A stretch of 64,000 nt of DNA from Macrostomum hystrix (taxonomy: Eukaryota > Animalia > Platyhelminthes): the NCBI GenBank assembly GCA_950097015.1, contig CATNEN010000038.1:5208001-5272000 (forward strand), given 5' to 3'. The notes below the pieces were generated by a model that did no database searches, was not told the DNA's origin, and was given only the letters and a program-made list of their open reading frames with translations. Below, one piece after another: positions 12,878-24,133 of the stretch (positions within the stretch are counted from its first letter, which is position 1; the number at the start of each line of letters is the position of its first letter). The position numbers and the translations under genes are program-made.

Positions 12878-13578
12878 TTGGTAGCTTCAGACTTATTTGA
12901 ACTGCAACTAGTAGCTTCACTGAAGTCTGAACTGCAACTGGTAGCTTCACTGAAGTCTGAACTGCAACTGGTAGCTTCACTGAAGTCTGAACTGCAACTG
13001 GTAGCTTCACTGAAGTCTGAACTGCAACTGGTAGCTTCACTGAAGTCTGAACTGCAACTGGTAGCTTCACTGAAGTCTGAACTGCAACTGGTAGTGGTAG
13101 CTTCACTGAAGTCTGAACTGCAACTGGTAGCTTCACTGAAGTCTGAACTGCAACTGGTAGCTTCGCTGAAGTCTGAACTGCAACTGGTAGCTTCACTGAA
13201 GTCTGAACTGCAACTGGTAGCTTCACTGAAGTCTGAACTGCAACTGGTAGCTTCACTGAAGTCTGAACTGCAACTGGTAGCTTCACTGAAGTCTGAACTG
13301 CAACTGGTAGCTTCACTGAAGTCTGAACTGCAACTGGTAGCTTCACTGAAGTCTGAACTGCAACTGGTAGCTTCACTGAAGTCTGAACTGCAACTGGTAG
13401 CTTTACTGAAGTCTTAACTGCAACTGGTAGCTTCACTGAAGTCTGAACTGCAACTGGTAGCTTCACTGAAGTCTGAACTGCAACTGGTAGCTTTACTGAA
13501 GTCTTAACTGCAACTGGTAGTGGTAGCTTCACTGAAGTCTGAACTGCACCTGGTAGCTTCAGACTCACCTGAACTGCT
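12878..13578. repeat. 30-bp minisatellite (AACTGCAACTGGTAGCTTCACTGAAGTCTG)n
   Basis: Read directly; it accounts for the repetitive ORFs in the ORF track here. Confidence 0.96.
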
Positions 13579-13775
13579 ACATTAGCTAGATAAAAACGTG
13601 AACAATTTCGATATTATAATAGAATGACAATCTTTTCAAATCTAATCAAGAAAGCGGTGGACTTTTGCAGCGATCAATAACTTATTTATTTAATATTAGG
13701 GCTGCTAAATTTTCAGTCAACAATGAAATTCATAAAAGTGCAGCACTAAATGAGTGAGGTATTTGTTTATCAGCT

Positions 13776-14696
13776 CTATACGGAGTAAAAAGACTCATCA
13801 GTGAATATGGAGCTGTTAACGCGCTTGTTATTTCCTTTCTTACGATATCGACTTTGCTGACTGTCCTCCGAAGCCGTGACGTCATCAGTCGCTGTTGTCT
13901 CCAGACTTACAGGCATTGGCAGCCATTGGTCGAGTGGCTTCTCATCCCGCTGCTTCCGCCGCTGCTGCTGATGCTGATCTTCAGCTTGGCTTTCAGCAAT
14001 GGCAGCTGATGTGGAATCTCTGTTTAATTTTCGAATGAATATAGGCATTGTCAGGCATTCTCTCTCACTGTACCTCGTGGGTACACGCGGGCGTGGGCGC
14101 AAATAGCCCGACAAGCCGCAAAGCCAGGGGTGAGTGGGAGAGCGGTCAACGCGTTTGCCTCTCGCACCAAGGTTCGTGAGCTCGATTCCGCGTCGAGGCC
14201 ACATGTATTTAGACCACAGCCGCAGAGAGAAAGCTTGGGGGCTTGTCATGCAATTTACGCCTTTGAGGGCCAAACTCCTAGGCACAGTGAGAGTGTACTG
14301 CCTGACGATGATAAAGTCGGCAGATGTACACACCTGTGTGAGCGTTTGCCTGCGTACGGTATCTGTGAGCGTGTGTGCTCACGACTCAGCGAAATGGGCA
14401 GAATTGCCTCCTCGCTGGCTGCGGGTCTAGTGTCACCAAATGATGTGCCATTTCTCGCAGTCCTCTATTGATAATAAAAATAAGAATAATTATTATTTTT
14501 ATTATTACAGTCCCCAAGCCTTCCGTTGATCCTCGGCTGCATCCTAAATAAATTTCGACTCAGTGCGGATGCGAGCTCAAAGGATTTAATAACGGAGTCT
14601 AGACTCGTTATCGATTAACCACCTAGTCCATTTGTATTCAGTGCGTAAATGCAAATGTTTTTAGTGATAACCTAACCGCACCTTGCTGTCTGCTTA

Positions 14697-14749
<53 letters not shown>

Positions 14750-17156
14750 AGCCGGATCGTCAACAGTGTTCAAGGGACATAGGTTGCTCAACTTCACGTA
14801 CTCGTAGCTGACTCTCCTAGGAGGTCGCTTCCATTGCAGCTCCTGGTCCGCCTTTATCTGTCCGCTGATTTGCTTGGTGTCTCCGGTCTCTGTCGACCTT
14901 ATTGCGCCTGATTCAGTCTGGTTGGCATCAGGTAAAACTGACTCAGGTCTTGCGTAATTTATCAGCCATCCTTGAAGAGCTTCGTCTTTCTCCGGGCCGC
15001 ACCAGTCATCTTGTGTCATCAAGTTAGCGTGCTGGTGCAAATCGACCCTGCGAGTGGTTAATTCATTATCACAATTTTTGTGTTTAAAGGTTTCTGAATA
15101 GTTATTATATGCAAGCTAAGATGTGGTCAATCAATAGAACAACCCTGCAGCTTTCTCAACTGAATTAAAAAGCAATCAATTTGGTTCCGAAACCATCATA
15201 AGTAGGTGGTGATCAATCATTCTCATCCGGGTGTCTGGTGGCACAAACTACCAATATAGGCTTGAATTTTCTGCTAACAAACGCACACCTAGTGCCGACC
15301 CCGAATCAGGATCTCAACAGCTCAGTGTCTGCAAATGGCCCTGCTCAAAGAGGACTCAGCTGCGACGTGGGTGCATGTTTTCAAGGTGATCACGCCGACA
15401 GATAAACTACCCCGAAAGTGATTTTAATCATTTTCTTTAAGCGTTTTACCGTCCAAACATAAAAATGTTATATTACTTGTTTTGCGCTCACCTTGGGTTG
15501 CGAAATCGCGAAGCCACATTGGTCCCAAGGTAAACCAAGGATGTCAGGCCGTTTCGCGGTAGTTTCTTCATCTTGGCGTAACTCTTCATATGCGCCCTGG
15601 AGTGGTGCATTTTGTACACCCTGATGAGCCGACTGCTGCCGGCGCCAGTAAGGATTCTGGTCTGCTGGTTGTACACCTCATACTGGTGCAGACTGATAAT
15701 GTGGCCGAACAGTGCGCGAATCACTGTGTAGTTTATAGTTGCCTGAATGGATTCAATAGACAGCTGCAGGTAGTATCTGCAAATGGACCGTCGTGGACAT
15801 TATAAGCCTTGAATGATTATTCTTTAATGATGATAACAGTAGTAACAAAAAGTTATTCCAACAGAACTCCATCTTGAATACTGATTCATTAAATATCGAC
15901 AGTCAACTCTATTCGACGCCATTGTGCCAACTCCTATGTTGACACTTACATATACAATTTTAAACAAAAATTTACTGGTCAAATTAAATGACGAATCTCA
16001 TACAGATTCGTTATTTCATCTACTATGAATAAATATTTTGCTTCTTAGACCTGGGGGTCGGTGGCAGAGCGGTTAACGCGTTTGCCTCTCGCACCAATGT
16101 CCTTGAGCTCGATTCCGTGGTGAGATCACATAAATTTGGGGCGCAGCCGCGAAGAGAAGGTTTTGAGGGCCAACCTCCAAGGGGGCTCAGTGAGAGTGTA
16201 CACTGCGTGACAATGAGAAAGTCAGAGCAGATGTACACACCTGTGTGAGTGTGCTTGCGTACGGTTTGTGCGTGTGTGCTCAGGAGTCAGCGAAACGGGC
16301 AGAATTGCCTCCTCGCTGGCTGCGGGTCTAGTGTCACCAAATAATGTGCCACTGCCTATAGCCTCCTGCAATTATTATTACTATTCTATTATTTATATAT
16401 CATATTGTTCTTATTCTTTGACCTGCTAAATTTGCAGTGAGCGGCCATCTTTGAGCAGCTGTGGTCCACCACTGAGAGCAGTTGTCCCGTGTGCAGCAGC
16501 AAACTGACGCTAGTGTTTTCGCTCACTGTGGTATTGAGCCGGCAGTCTTTCAGAATGCTGATCACTTTCAGCCCCATCTGGAAGAACATCGACTCCTTGA
16601 TGGTGTGGTTTGCTATCGAACCGTTGACTTTCACAAACGGACTCTCAGCGAAGTAGTCTTGGAGCAGCTCGACTGTCTCAGAGGATACGACAACCTTGGA
16701 GTAGATGAAATAGACAATCAGAGTGAGCGAGCTCAGCAAGTGCGGCACGACCACTTCGTTGGTCATAGCTGCAGACACAAGAGCGGAATGACAGGTCATG
16801 CAGCACAGGTCGCCGTTCTTCACTTTATGGCTATGATAATAAGCCAGCCGTAGAAGGTAGTATATGCGAATTACTGACTCAATCAGGTAAAACGTAGTCA
16901 CCAGTGTGTACAATTCGTTCCAGAATATATAATTCGGGTAGTAACTGGCTCTCGACACAGATGCATGCGTGTAGGCGGGACTATTGCTGACTGACAATAG
17001 CAATCCAAGCTGTGTAACGTTGAAGATTAGGTCTATGATGCAGAAACTAATCAGTGCAATCTCTGTGTAGAAAATCACTTCCAATGATCTATAGTAATTG
17101 ATAGTATCAAGGATAATCTTCCAGTGGCTTTTGATCCACTCCGTAACCGCTTCCAT
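13776..17156 (-). CDS. Uncharacterised membrane protein (~542 aa) with a putative voltage-sensor-like domain and a low-complexity polyQ C-terminus
   Basis: Exons 17156-16423, 15776-15492, 15047-14682 and 14019-13776. All three introns are GT-AG phase 2 and the total is 1629 nt in frame. Three hydrophobic helices in exon 1 and an RLIRVYK motif in exon 2. The first donor (gtcaaa) is weak. Confidence 0.7.
14127..14480 (+). mobile_element. tRNA-derived SINE (family A), intronic and antisense to the host gene
   Basis: Full-length match to the family consensus. Confidence 0.9.
16053..16390 (+). mobile_element. tRNA-derived SINE (family A), intronic
   Basis: GGGGGTCGGTGGCAGAGCGG head and (ATT)n tail. 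Confidence 0.9.
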
Positions 17157-18385
17157 GATAAAAAATGGGCTCGCGTTGCAGCAACTTTCGTGTTACAGAC
17201 TGCGATTTATCAGAATTTTTTAATGCGAAGTTTAAATTTATAAGAATTTAGAAGAAAAGCATGCTATGAGCTAAAAAATTCCATAGATAGTGCCTCGACT
17301 TGATCTATTTTTGTCTACATTCAGGATTGCGCCAGTACGATGGCACGTACCTGCAGACGTGTTAATCTATTAAATATGTTATATGCAAAATAATAGTTCC
17401 TACTTACATTTTATTGTATACTCCCCTAAATACATTCACTGTGCAAATCTAACTGTCGGATTTAAGCACTAATTCTGCAGCGATTTAGCGACGTCGAAAG
17501 CAATTACTACATATATCTAATTGTTTAATTCCGCATTGAGTACTTTCGATATATATATGATTTATAATTTACGCAGGTGAACGAATTTTTATGAAATTTT
17601 CATGAATTTATGAAATCGAAGAAGCTCAGAATATGAGGCTGATAATTTCTGTAAAAGTATTTGTATCTGAAAATGTTTTACAGAAAGTATCGACCTCATA
17701 TTCTGAGCTTTATCGATCGCGACCGCTATGGCGGCAGGGGTTCCAATCGAGCGGGAACGTTAAATTACTCTATAACTCCTAATTTCATTCCCCTCAGAGC
17801 CTGCACAAAGGCAAGTGCAGGATTGTTCTTCTGTGAACTCAACCGCTGAAACACGTGCAAGCAAGTAGGAAAAGTCCTCTGGCCACAGTTAAAACTCTCA
17901 TTCATAGCTTCAAAGTTTATCACGAAGGTTCAAAACTCGTTAAAAATGTTCTCGTATTTTTTTTGTTTATTACAAATAAAACGTACATTCACGGTTTGGA
18001 ATTTTTGTGTCAAAAGAGATCAACAAAATTAAAACGTTTTATCAACTTTAGAAAAAAACTTGAGAATTAGATACATATTAGTATTTTATTTTTTTATTTA
18101 ACTTAAAAGAGCTTATTATAAAAAACTTTCAAAGGCTAAATATTTCAGGCACTTTTTTACTTGTTTTAAACATGACAAATTTCTTAGAGTGGCTATGTAA
18201 CAACAAGTTCAACATTGGACTAAAAACCTTCATAATAATACGTGACGTGATATAAAATATTGGTTAGCGTTGCAATACACACATTTATCATGTTTTCTTC
18301 TAATTATATATTGCGTTATATGCTTGTTAAAAGTTTTTTATGACTTTTACAGTTCAGATTGTTAGTTATTAACTTATATATTTAT

Positions 18386-18819
18386 GGCAGTTGTTATTTG
18401 TCCGGTTAACCGGACAAATAGCCGTTTGATTATTCGTCCGGTTAACCGAGGTTGTAGGGGTTGTATAGCGCTACCACGAGAACCTCTATCATTTGTAAGA
18501 TAAAATAATTAACAAGCTGCAAAAGGACAAACTTCAGATTTAAAGTTTGTGTCTCAAATTATTTTCGTTTATCAACTAATTAAAAAAATTAAAACCTTTT
18601 CCAGAAATTCGGATGTTTCAGGGACTAACTTAGTTCAAGGGTATAGTTTGGTCTTTGTGAGGTCAAAGACTCAAGATGGCTATTAGCAGGGCAAGAGTGG
18701 TCTTTGGAAGGATCGTTGCTCCTGCTCATTGAAAGGCGAGAAATTAAGTCCTTGGGTGGTTAACCGGACAAATAATCAAATGGCTATTTGTCCGGTTAAC
18801 CGGACAAATAACAACTACC
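18386..18819. mobile_element. Mutator-like MITE with ~62-bp TIRs and 9-bp TSD TATATTTAT
   Basis: TIR GGYAGTTGTTATTTGTCCGGTTAACCGGACAAATAGCC... inverted at both ends; TSD at 18377-18385 and 18820-18828. The MULE assignment rests on the 9-bp TSD and long G-starting TIRs. Confidence 0.88.
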
Positions 18820-19544
18820 TATATTTATATAGACATTGACATAGTCATTATTTTACAGTTCTACTATCTAAAAGCTAATAAAAGAAGCCATCCATTTTTA
18901 TGGGGATATTTATAATTAGAGACATGTGTTCGTTTTATTACCAGCATACTGAGCATTATCATCAAACTTCTAAAGGAAACAAGAAAACATTAAAGCTATA
19001 TGTTGGAGGCCTCTTTCTTTATTAAGAACTCTTTACTAATATGCACGTATGATTATATGTATTACTTTACTTATGCGAAAAATGCATAGTTTAAATGCTA
19101 AAATGTATATGTATTTATGCCCTTTGCCTGAATCAATTAACTTTAGTTTTTCCCAGTAGCATGTTTGACTGTGCCTGAGCAGCAAGACACTTTAACTATA
19201 ATTATTGAACTATTGTCAATTTATCTAATCCTTTCAGGCTTCAAATGGATTAAAATTTCCCAGTCTCCAGGGACAGAAAAGACCTAATTCTGGAATTTAC
19301 TTTCTTCTAAGTTGGCAATGTACCCTTTTTATTTGATTTGATTAATTATCTTTCTTTCTTACTCAATCTGTTTCTAGCATTTGACTTTGTGAATTCAACC
19401 TTCAGTTTGTGATTTGTTCAATATTAAGAAAGGGTCTGTCTCATATACTTGTTTTTAGAATGAATAAAAATATAGCTAGCTACATTATTTTAATGTGCAA
19501 TATAATTTAATTAATTGATAATAATTGATTACACCTGCCCCAAT

Positions 19545-19810
19545 TGGGTCAGATGTGCAGCTGACAGCACAGCCGCAGCTAATACGAGTTGCATCTAAAG
19601 GCTGGGTACAGCTGTTCAGTCTATGGACTAGGGGGGGATGCCACACCCACCTTCAATTATCCCAATAATGCTGGTACCCATTTAACAGCTGGGTGAACTG
19701 AAGCAATGCAGAGTTAAGTGTCTTGTGAAAGGGCGCAAATTGTTCCAGTTGAGTTGGTAATTGAACCCAACCCTTACGTTGTGAGTCTGAGGCCCTACCA
19801 CTAGTCTACA
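19545..19810 (-). mobile_element. Older tRNA-derived SINE (family B)
   Basis: Minus-strand tRNA-like head (TAGTGG...GGTTCAATTACC) followed by CAAGACACTTAAC..GCTTCAGTTCACCCAGCTGTTAAATGGGTACC, a core resembling those of widespread invertebrate SINEs. Related fragments at 22540-23008 and 39920-40030. Confidence 0.65.
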
Positions 19811-19974
19811 ATCTCTTGTGCAAATATCATCAAGTATCAAGTTTATTTGCCTAGAAAAATTATAACTTCTATCTATAGTTATTAAGATTATAAATTGTGC
19901 AATAAATTGACATGTACTGCCTGAATAATTCCTTTCAATTGTTTGAAAATAAGGTAAGACCAAGTATATTCAAA

Positions 19975-21005
19975 CCCTATTGGAGCCAATAGGGGTTTTT
20001 GCAGACAGTGTCCGATGCGCTTGTGAAAAATTGCCTGCGCAGAAAGAAATTTCTGTCCGCACGACCGCACCTTGTATGTGTAAAGTTGTCGTAAGTATGT
20101 AGATGTATAAAAACAGTGCACCCTTGTGCCCCTACACTAATGTCTTGTGTTCGTTATAAATTTATATTTTGTAATACATTTACATGTACAAGTACATGTA
20201 GATGCAATGCTAGTAGTGAATGCCAGTGCCTCTGTACTCGCACCGTATGCATTTAATTGTATGTACATTATGACACTTTATAAAATACATTAAAATACAA
20301 ATGTACATGTAGTTGGACATGGTATAGCAGTGTGCACCCTTGCCATACATCCACACTATTGTGCACTTAATAATAATAATAATAATAATAATTGCAGGAG
20401 GGCTGCGGGCAATGACACATAGTTTGGTGACACTAGACCCGCAGCCAGCGAGGAGGCAATTCTGCCCATTTTGCTGACTCCTGAGCACACACGCACACAG
20501 ATACCGTACGCAGGCATGCGCTCACACAGGGGTGTACATCTGCCCTGACTTTCTCATCGTCAGGCAGTGTACACTCGAACTGTGCCTTGGAGGTTGGCCC
20601 TCAAGGGCGTAAATTGCACGACAAGCCCCCAAGCCTTCTCTCTGCGGCTGCGCCCCAAATAAATGTGGCCTCGCCGTGGAATCGAACTTAGGGACTGTGG
20701 TGCGAGTGGCAAACGCGTTAACCGCTCTGCCACCGACCCCCCCTATTGTGCACTTGGTATATCATTTGGTATATGCGGCCGTACCATATTTTCGCAAAAT
20801 CACCACATAGCTGTTCTATTTTTAGAAATACACTATGGATTTTAAAAAATGTTTACTTTATTTTACGAAATTCATAACTACGTTGAGTTAGACTGAAGAT
20901 ATTTATACTGTATAGCATATGCACATTTGCACACTTTTTCTTGAAACCAACTGTGCACCTGCGCGCCTAGGAGTCCACAGCTTTTTTAACTTTGCTCCAT
21001 TAGGG
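19975..21005. mobile_element. Non-autonomous DNA transposon with 12-bp TIR CCCTAWTGGAGC and 8-bp TSD TATTCAAA; carries a nested SINE
   Basis: TSD at 19967-19974 and 21006-21013; ends CCCTATTGGAGC and GCTCCATTAGGG. Confidence 0.8.
20369..20742 (-). mobile_element. tRNA-derived SINE (family A), full length, 13-bp TSD CTATTGTGCACTT
   Basis: TSD at 20356-20368 and 20743-20755; (ATT)n tail; A and B boxes. Confidence 0.95.
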
Positions 21006-21201
21006 TATTCAAATTTAATGATTTTTATGTTATGAATTATATTTTCTAATAAAACATATTTAAATAAAAAATTAAGACATTTTCTTTACTCTTTTACAAA
21101 CTATTTATTACAGTAGTGTTATCTAATAAAAAGAAATAATTACATAGTGACATTATAGCCATATGGTATCTTATGTATATTAAGTACTATTTATTTATGA
21201 A

Positions 21202-21482
21202 CATACATGCGCAACACCCGGCCGACCCGGCCGAACCGGCCGGGTGAAACAAGGGCCAAGCAAGGTAAGTCGCAAAAACCAATAGACCAAGCGCAAAAAA
21301 ATCAAAGGGGGGACCAAGGGACAAAAAAGGAAGGCGTGAAGAAAAGGAAAAAGGGGAGAGAAAAAGAGAGCAAATGAGAGCAAACTAAGTCGTAAATAGA
21401 GCAATGAAATGAACTAAGTCGCAAATGAGAGCAAAAACTAAGTCGCACGGCCGGCTAAGATTTGGGAGGTTGCACATGTATG
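21202..21482. mobile_element. hAT-type MITE with TIR CATACATGYGCAAC and 8-bp TSD TTTATGAA
   Basis: TSD at 21194-21201 and 21483-21490; CA...TG termini. Confidence 0.87.
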
Positions 21483-21697
21483 TTTATGAATTTTAGTTTC
21501 TGTGATGACATTCAGCTATAGCTCATAGAAGTTTGTCAATAAAAAGTCTATAAAAAGATTGTTTAAAAAATCTGAAACTGGACTTTCATTTACCTAGTGA
21601 CTGCTACAATCATAGACCAATCTGAATTATTGCTTAGAAAGGCCTACTATTTATTCCAATCATCCTCACTTCAGCCAGTGTCAGACACCAGTGAGAG

Positions 21698-23467
21698 ATG
21701 GCCTTGGACTTTATATTCGGCAGGCGCAAGACCCCGGAGGAGATGCTGCGGCAAAATCAGCGCGCACTCAATCGGGCCATTCGCGACCTCGACAGAGAGA
21801 AAGTTCGCCTGGAACGCGAGGAGCAGAAGACAATCATAGAGATAAAAAAGCTGGCTAAGCAGGGCCAGTTAGACGCTGTGAAGATTATGGCCAAGGATTT
21901 GGTGCGCAACAGGAACTACGTGAAGAAATTTATCCTCATGCGGGCCAACATTCAAGCCGTTGGGCTCAAGGTTTGCATCTTTCCTCAGCTTTCCTGAACC
22001 CGATTACTGAACCTTTTTAGTGGTGTCATTCCCGAAGTTAAAAGAGCTCGGACTCCTAACCAAGTTGCCCTTGTTTCGATTCTCACCGCACATTAAATAA
22101 TTGTTAGATGTGGCGGTCACAGACGGACAGTAAAGTCTATGGCATTGACGCGCCGCGCTAACGTTGTAAAGCCCACGGGCTGCAACCGAATGAGATATGA
22201 GCAACCGAAAGCTCATATCTCCCTCGCATCGGCTCGCGAGCCACTACATCAGGGGTCGGCAACCTCCGGCCCGCGGGCCAGATGCGGCCCTCGAAGCTTC
22301 CAAATCCGGCCCTTAGCTCCTCCTAACACCCTCTACAGTACACCCTATCTCATCTCTCCCCTGTCTCATCTCTCTTGCGTCTTATCTCCCCCGTCTCATC
22401 TCTCACCTGTTTCATCTCTCACCTGTCTGATCTCTCCTGTGTCTCATCTCTCCCCTTTCTTCATGCGGCCCGCCGTCGTCTTTAAGATTCTCTCTATAGC
22501 CCGCGGGTATATAAGGTTGCCGACCCCTGCACTACATAGATGTCATTGAGCGAGACCCTTAATTCCCTTTGCAGTGCTTCAGTTCACCCAATAATAACAA
22601 TTGCAGGAGGGCTGCGGGCAATGGCACAGCATTTGGTGACAGTAGACCCACAGCCAGCGAGGAGGCAATTCAGCCCATTTCGCTGACTCCTGAGCACACA
22701 CGCGCACAGATACTGTACGCAAGCATGCGCTCACACAGGGGTGTACATCTGCCCTGATTTTCTCATCGTCAGGCAGTGTACAGTTCACTGTGCCTTGGAG
22801 GTTGGCCCTCAAGGGCGTAAATTGCACGACAAGCCACCAAGCCTTCTCTCCGCGGCTGCGCCCCAAATAAATGTGGCCTCGCCGTGGAATCGAACTTAGG
22901 GACCGTGGTGCGAGAGGCAAACGCGTTAGACCGCTCTGCCACCGACCTCCTTCAGTTCGCCCAAGGTGGATAATAGAAATCAGGATGGGTTTGGCGCCCC
23001 CCAGTCAGGTGTTATTCTAATTAAGCATCACCTTACAGGTGCAGACTTTGCGCTCCACGAACCAGATGGCCCAGGCTATGAAGGGCGTCACTCGGACAAT
23101 GCAGCGCATGAACAAGAGCATGAACTTGCCGCAGCTGCAGCAGATCATGGCCCAGTTTGAGAAGGAGTCCGAGATCATGGACATGAAGGAGGAGATGATG
23201 TCTGACGCTATCGACGACGCGATCGGCGGAGACGAAGACGCCGACGAGTCCGAGGCAATCGTCTCCCAGGTGCTGGACGAGCTTGGCATCGACCTGGCCG
23301 GCCAAATGCCCGACCCTGGAGCTGCCGCGCCCGCCGCCATCGGGCAAAGACAACCGGCTGCGGCTGCAGCTGCAGCGCCAGGCGGCGGCGGCGGCGGCGG
23401 AGCTCCCGCAGGTTCGGACGCCGACGCGGACCTGGAAGCCAGGCTGAATAATCTGAAGCGTCAGTAG
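21698..23467 (+). CDS. CHMP2A: Charged multivesicular body protein 2a (ESCRT-III, Vps2), 233 aa
   Basis: Exons 21698-21970 and 23039-23467 (phase 0). FGRRKTPEEMLRQNQRALNRA...MAKDLVR...MRANIQAV...EKESEIMDMKEEMM...DADLEARLNNLKR is characteristic of CHMP2A. Confidence 0.97.
22250..22529 (+). mobile_element. hAT MITE with TIR CAGGGGTCGGCAACC and 8-bp TSD CACTACAT
   Basis: Perfect 15-bp TIRs; TSD at 22242-22249 and 22530-22537; subterminal GGCCCGCGGGCC. Confidence 0.93.
22592..22949 (-). mobile_element. tRNA-derived SINE (family A) with a ~15-bp TSD, inserted into an older family-B SINE
   Basis: TSD CTTCAGTTCRCCCAA at 22577-22591 and 22950-22964. Confidence 0.93.
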
Positions 23468-23679
23468 GCAAATTACTTGACGCTAGTTTTTTTACAATAA
23501 ACTAGTATTTCGATTTTGAGATTTTCCAATGATAAATGTGCCACGTTTCAAAGAATCTAGTAGGTAGACTAGCAATTTAAAGCCCCCTTGAGAGTTGAAA
23601 AAAACTCTTCACAGCTAGCGAAAATTCAATAGCAAATAAGCCCATAATTTGATGGGTTGAAAAAAATTAGCTAAATCTG

Positions 23680-24133
23680 GTTCACAAATCGCAATGAGAT
23701 TTCAGATTATACTCATGAGTTCACAAATCGCAGTGAGATTTCAGATTATACTCATGAGTTCACAAATGGCAGTGAGATTTCAGATTATACTCATGAGTTC
23801 ACAAATGGCAGTGAGATTTCAGATTATACTCACGAGTTCACAAATGGCAGTGAGATTTCAGATTATACTCATGAGTTCACAAATCGCAGTGAGATTTCAG
23901 ATTATACTCATGAGTTCACAAATGGCAGTGAGATTTCAGATTATACTCATGAGTTCACAAATGGCAGTGAGATTTCAGATTATACTCACGAGTTCACAAA
24001 TGGCAGTGAGATTTCAGATTATACTCATGAGTTCACAAATCGCAGTGAGATTTCAGATTATACTCATGAGTTCACAAATGGCAGTGAGATTTCAGATTAT
24101 ACTCATGAGTTCACAAATGGCAGTGAGATTTCA
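23680..24133. repeat. 39-bp minisatellite (GTTCACAAATGGCAGTGAGATTTCAGATTATACTCATGA)n
   Basis: Read directly; about 11.5 copies. Confidence 0.96.

Noticed and set aside
12828-13568. Long repetitive ORFs in the ORF track (also 8320, 10357, 23694, 27395-28448, 36312, 40792, 43274, 48184, 57307)
   Set aside because: They are stop-free translations of tandem repeats, often open in several frames and many lying inside introns.
14300-14410. Hammerhead ribozyme in the SINE (CTGACGA ... CGAAA)
   Set aside because: Stems II and III do not form in the required register; CTGAC is taken up by a simple hairpin.
16053-16125. tRNA gene
   Set aside because: A and B boxes are present but there is no acceptor stem or cloverleaf; it is the head of a multi-copy SINE.
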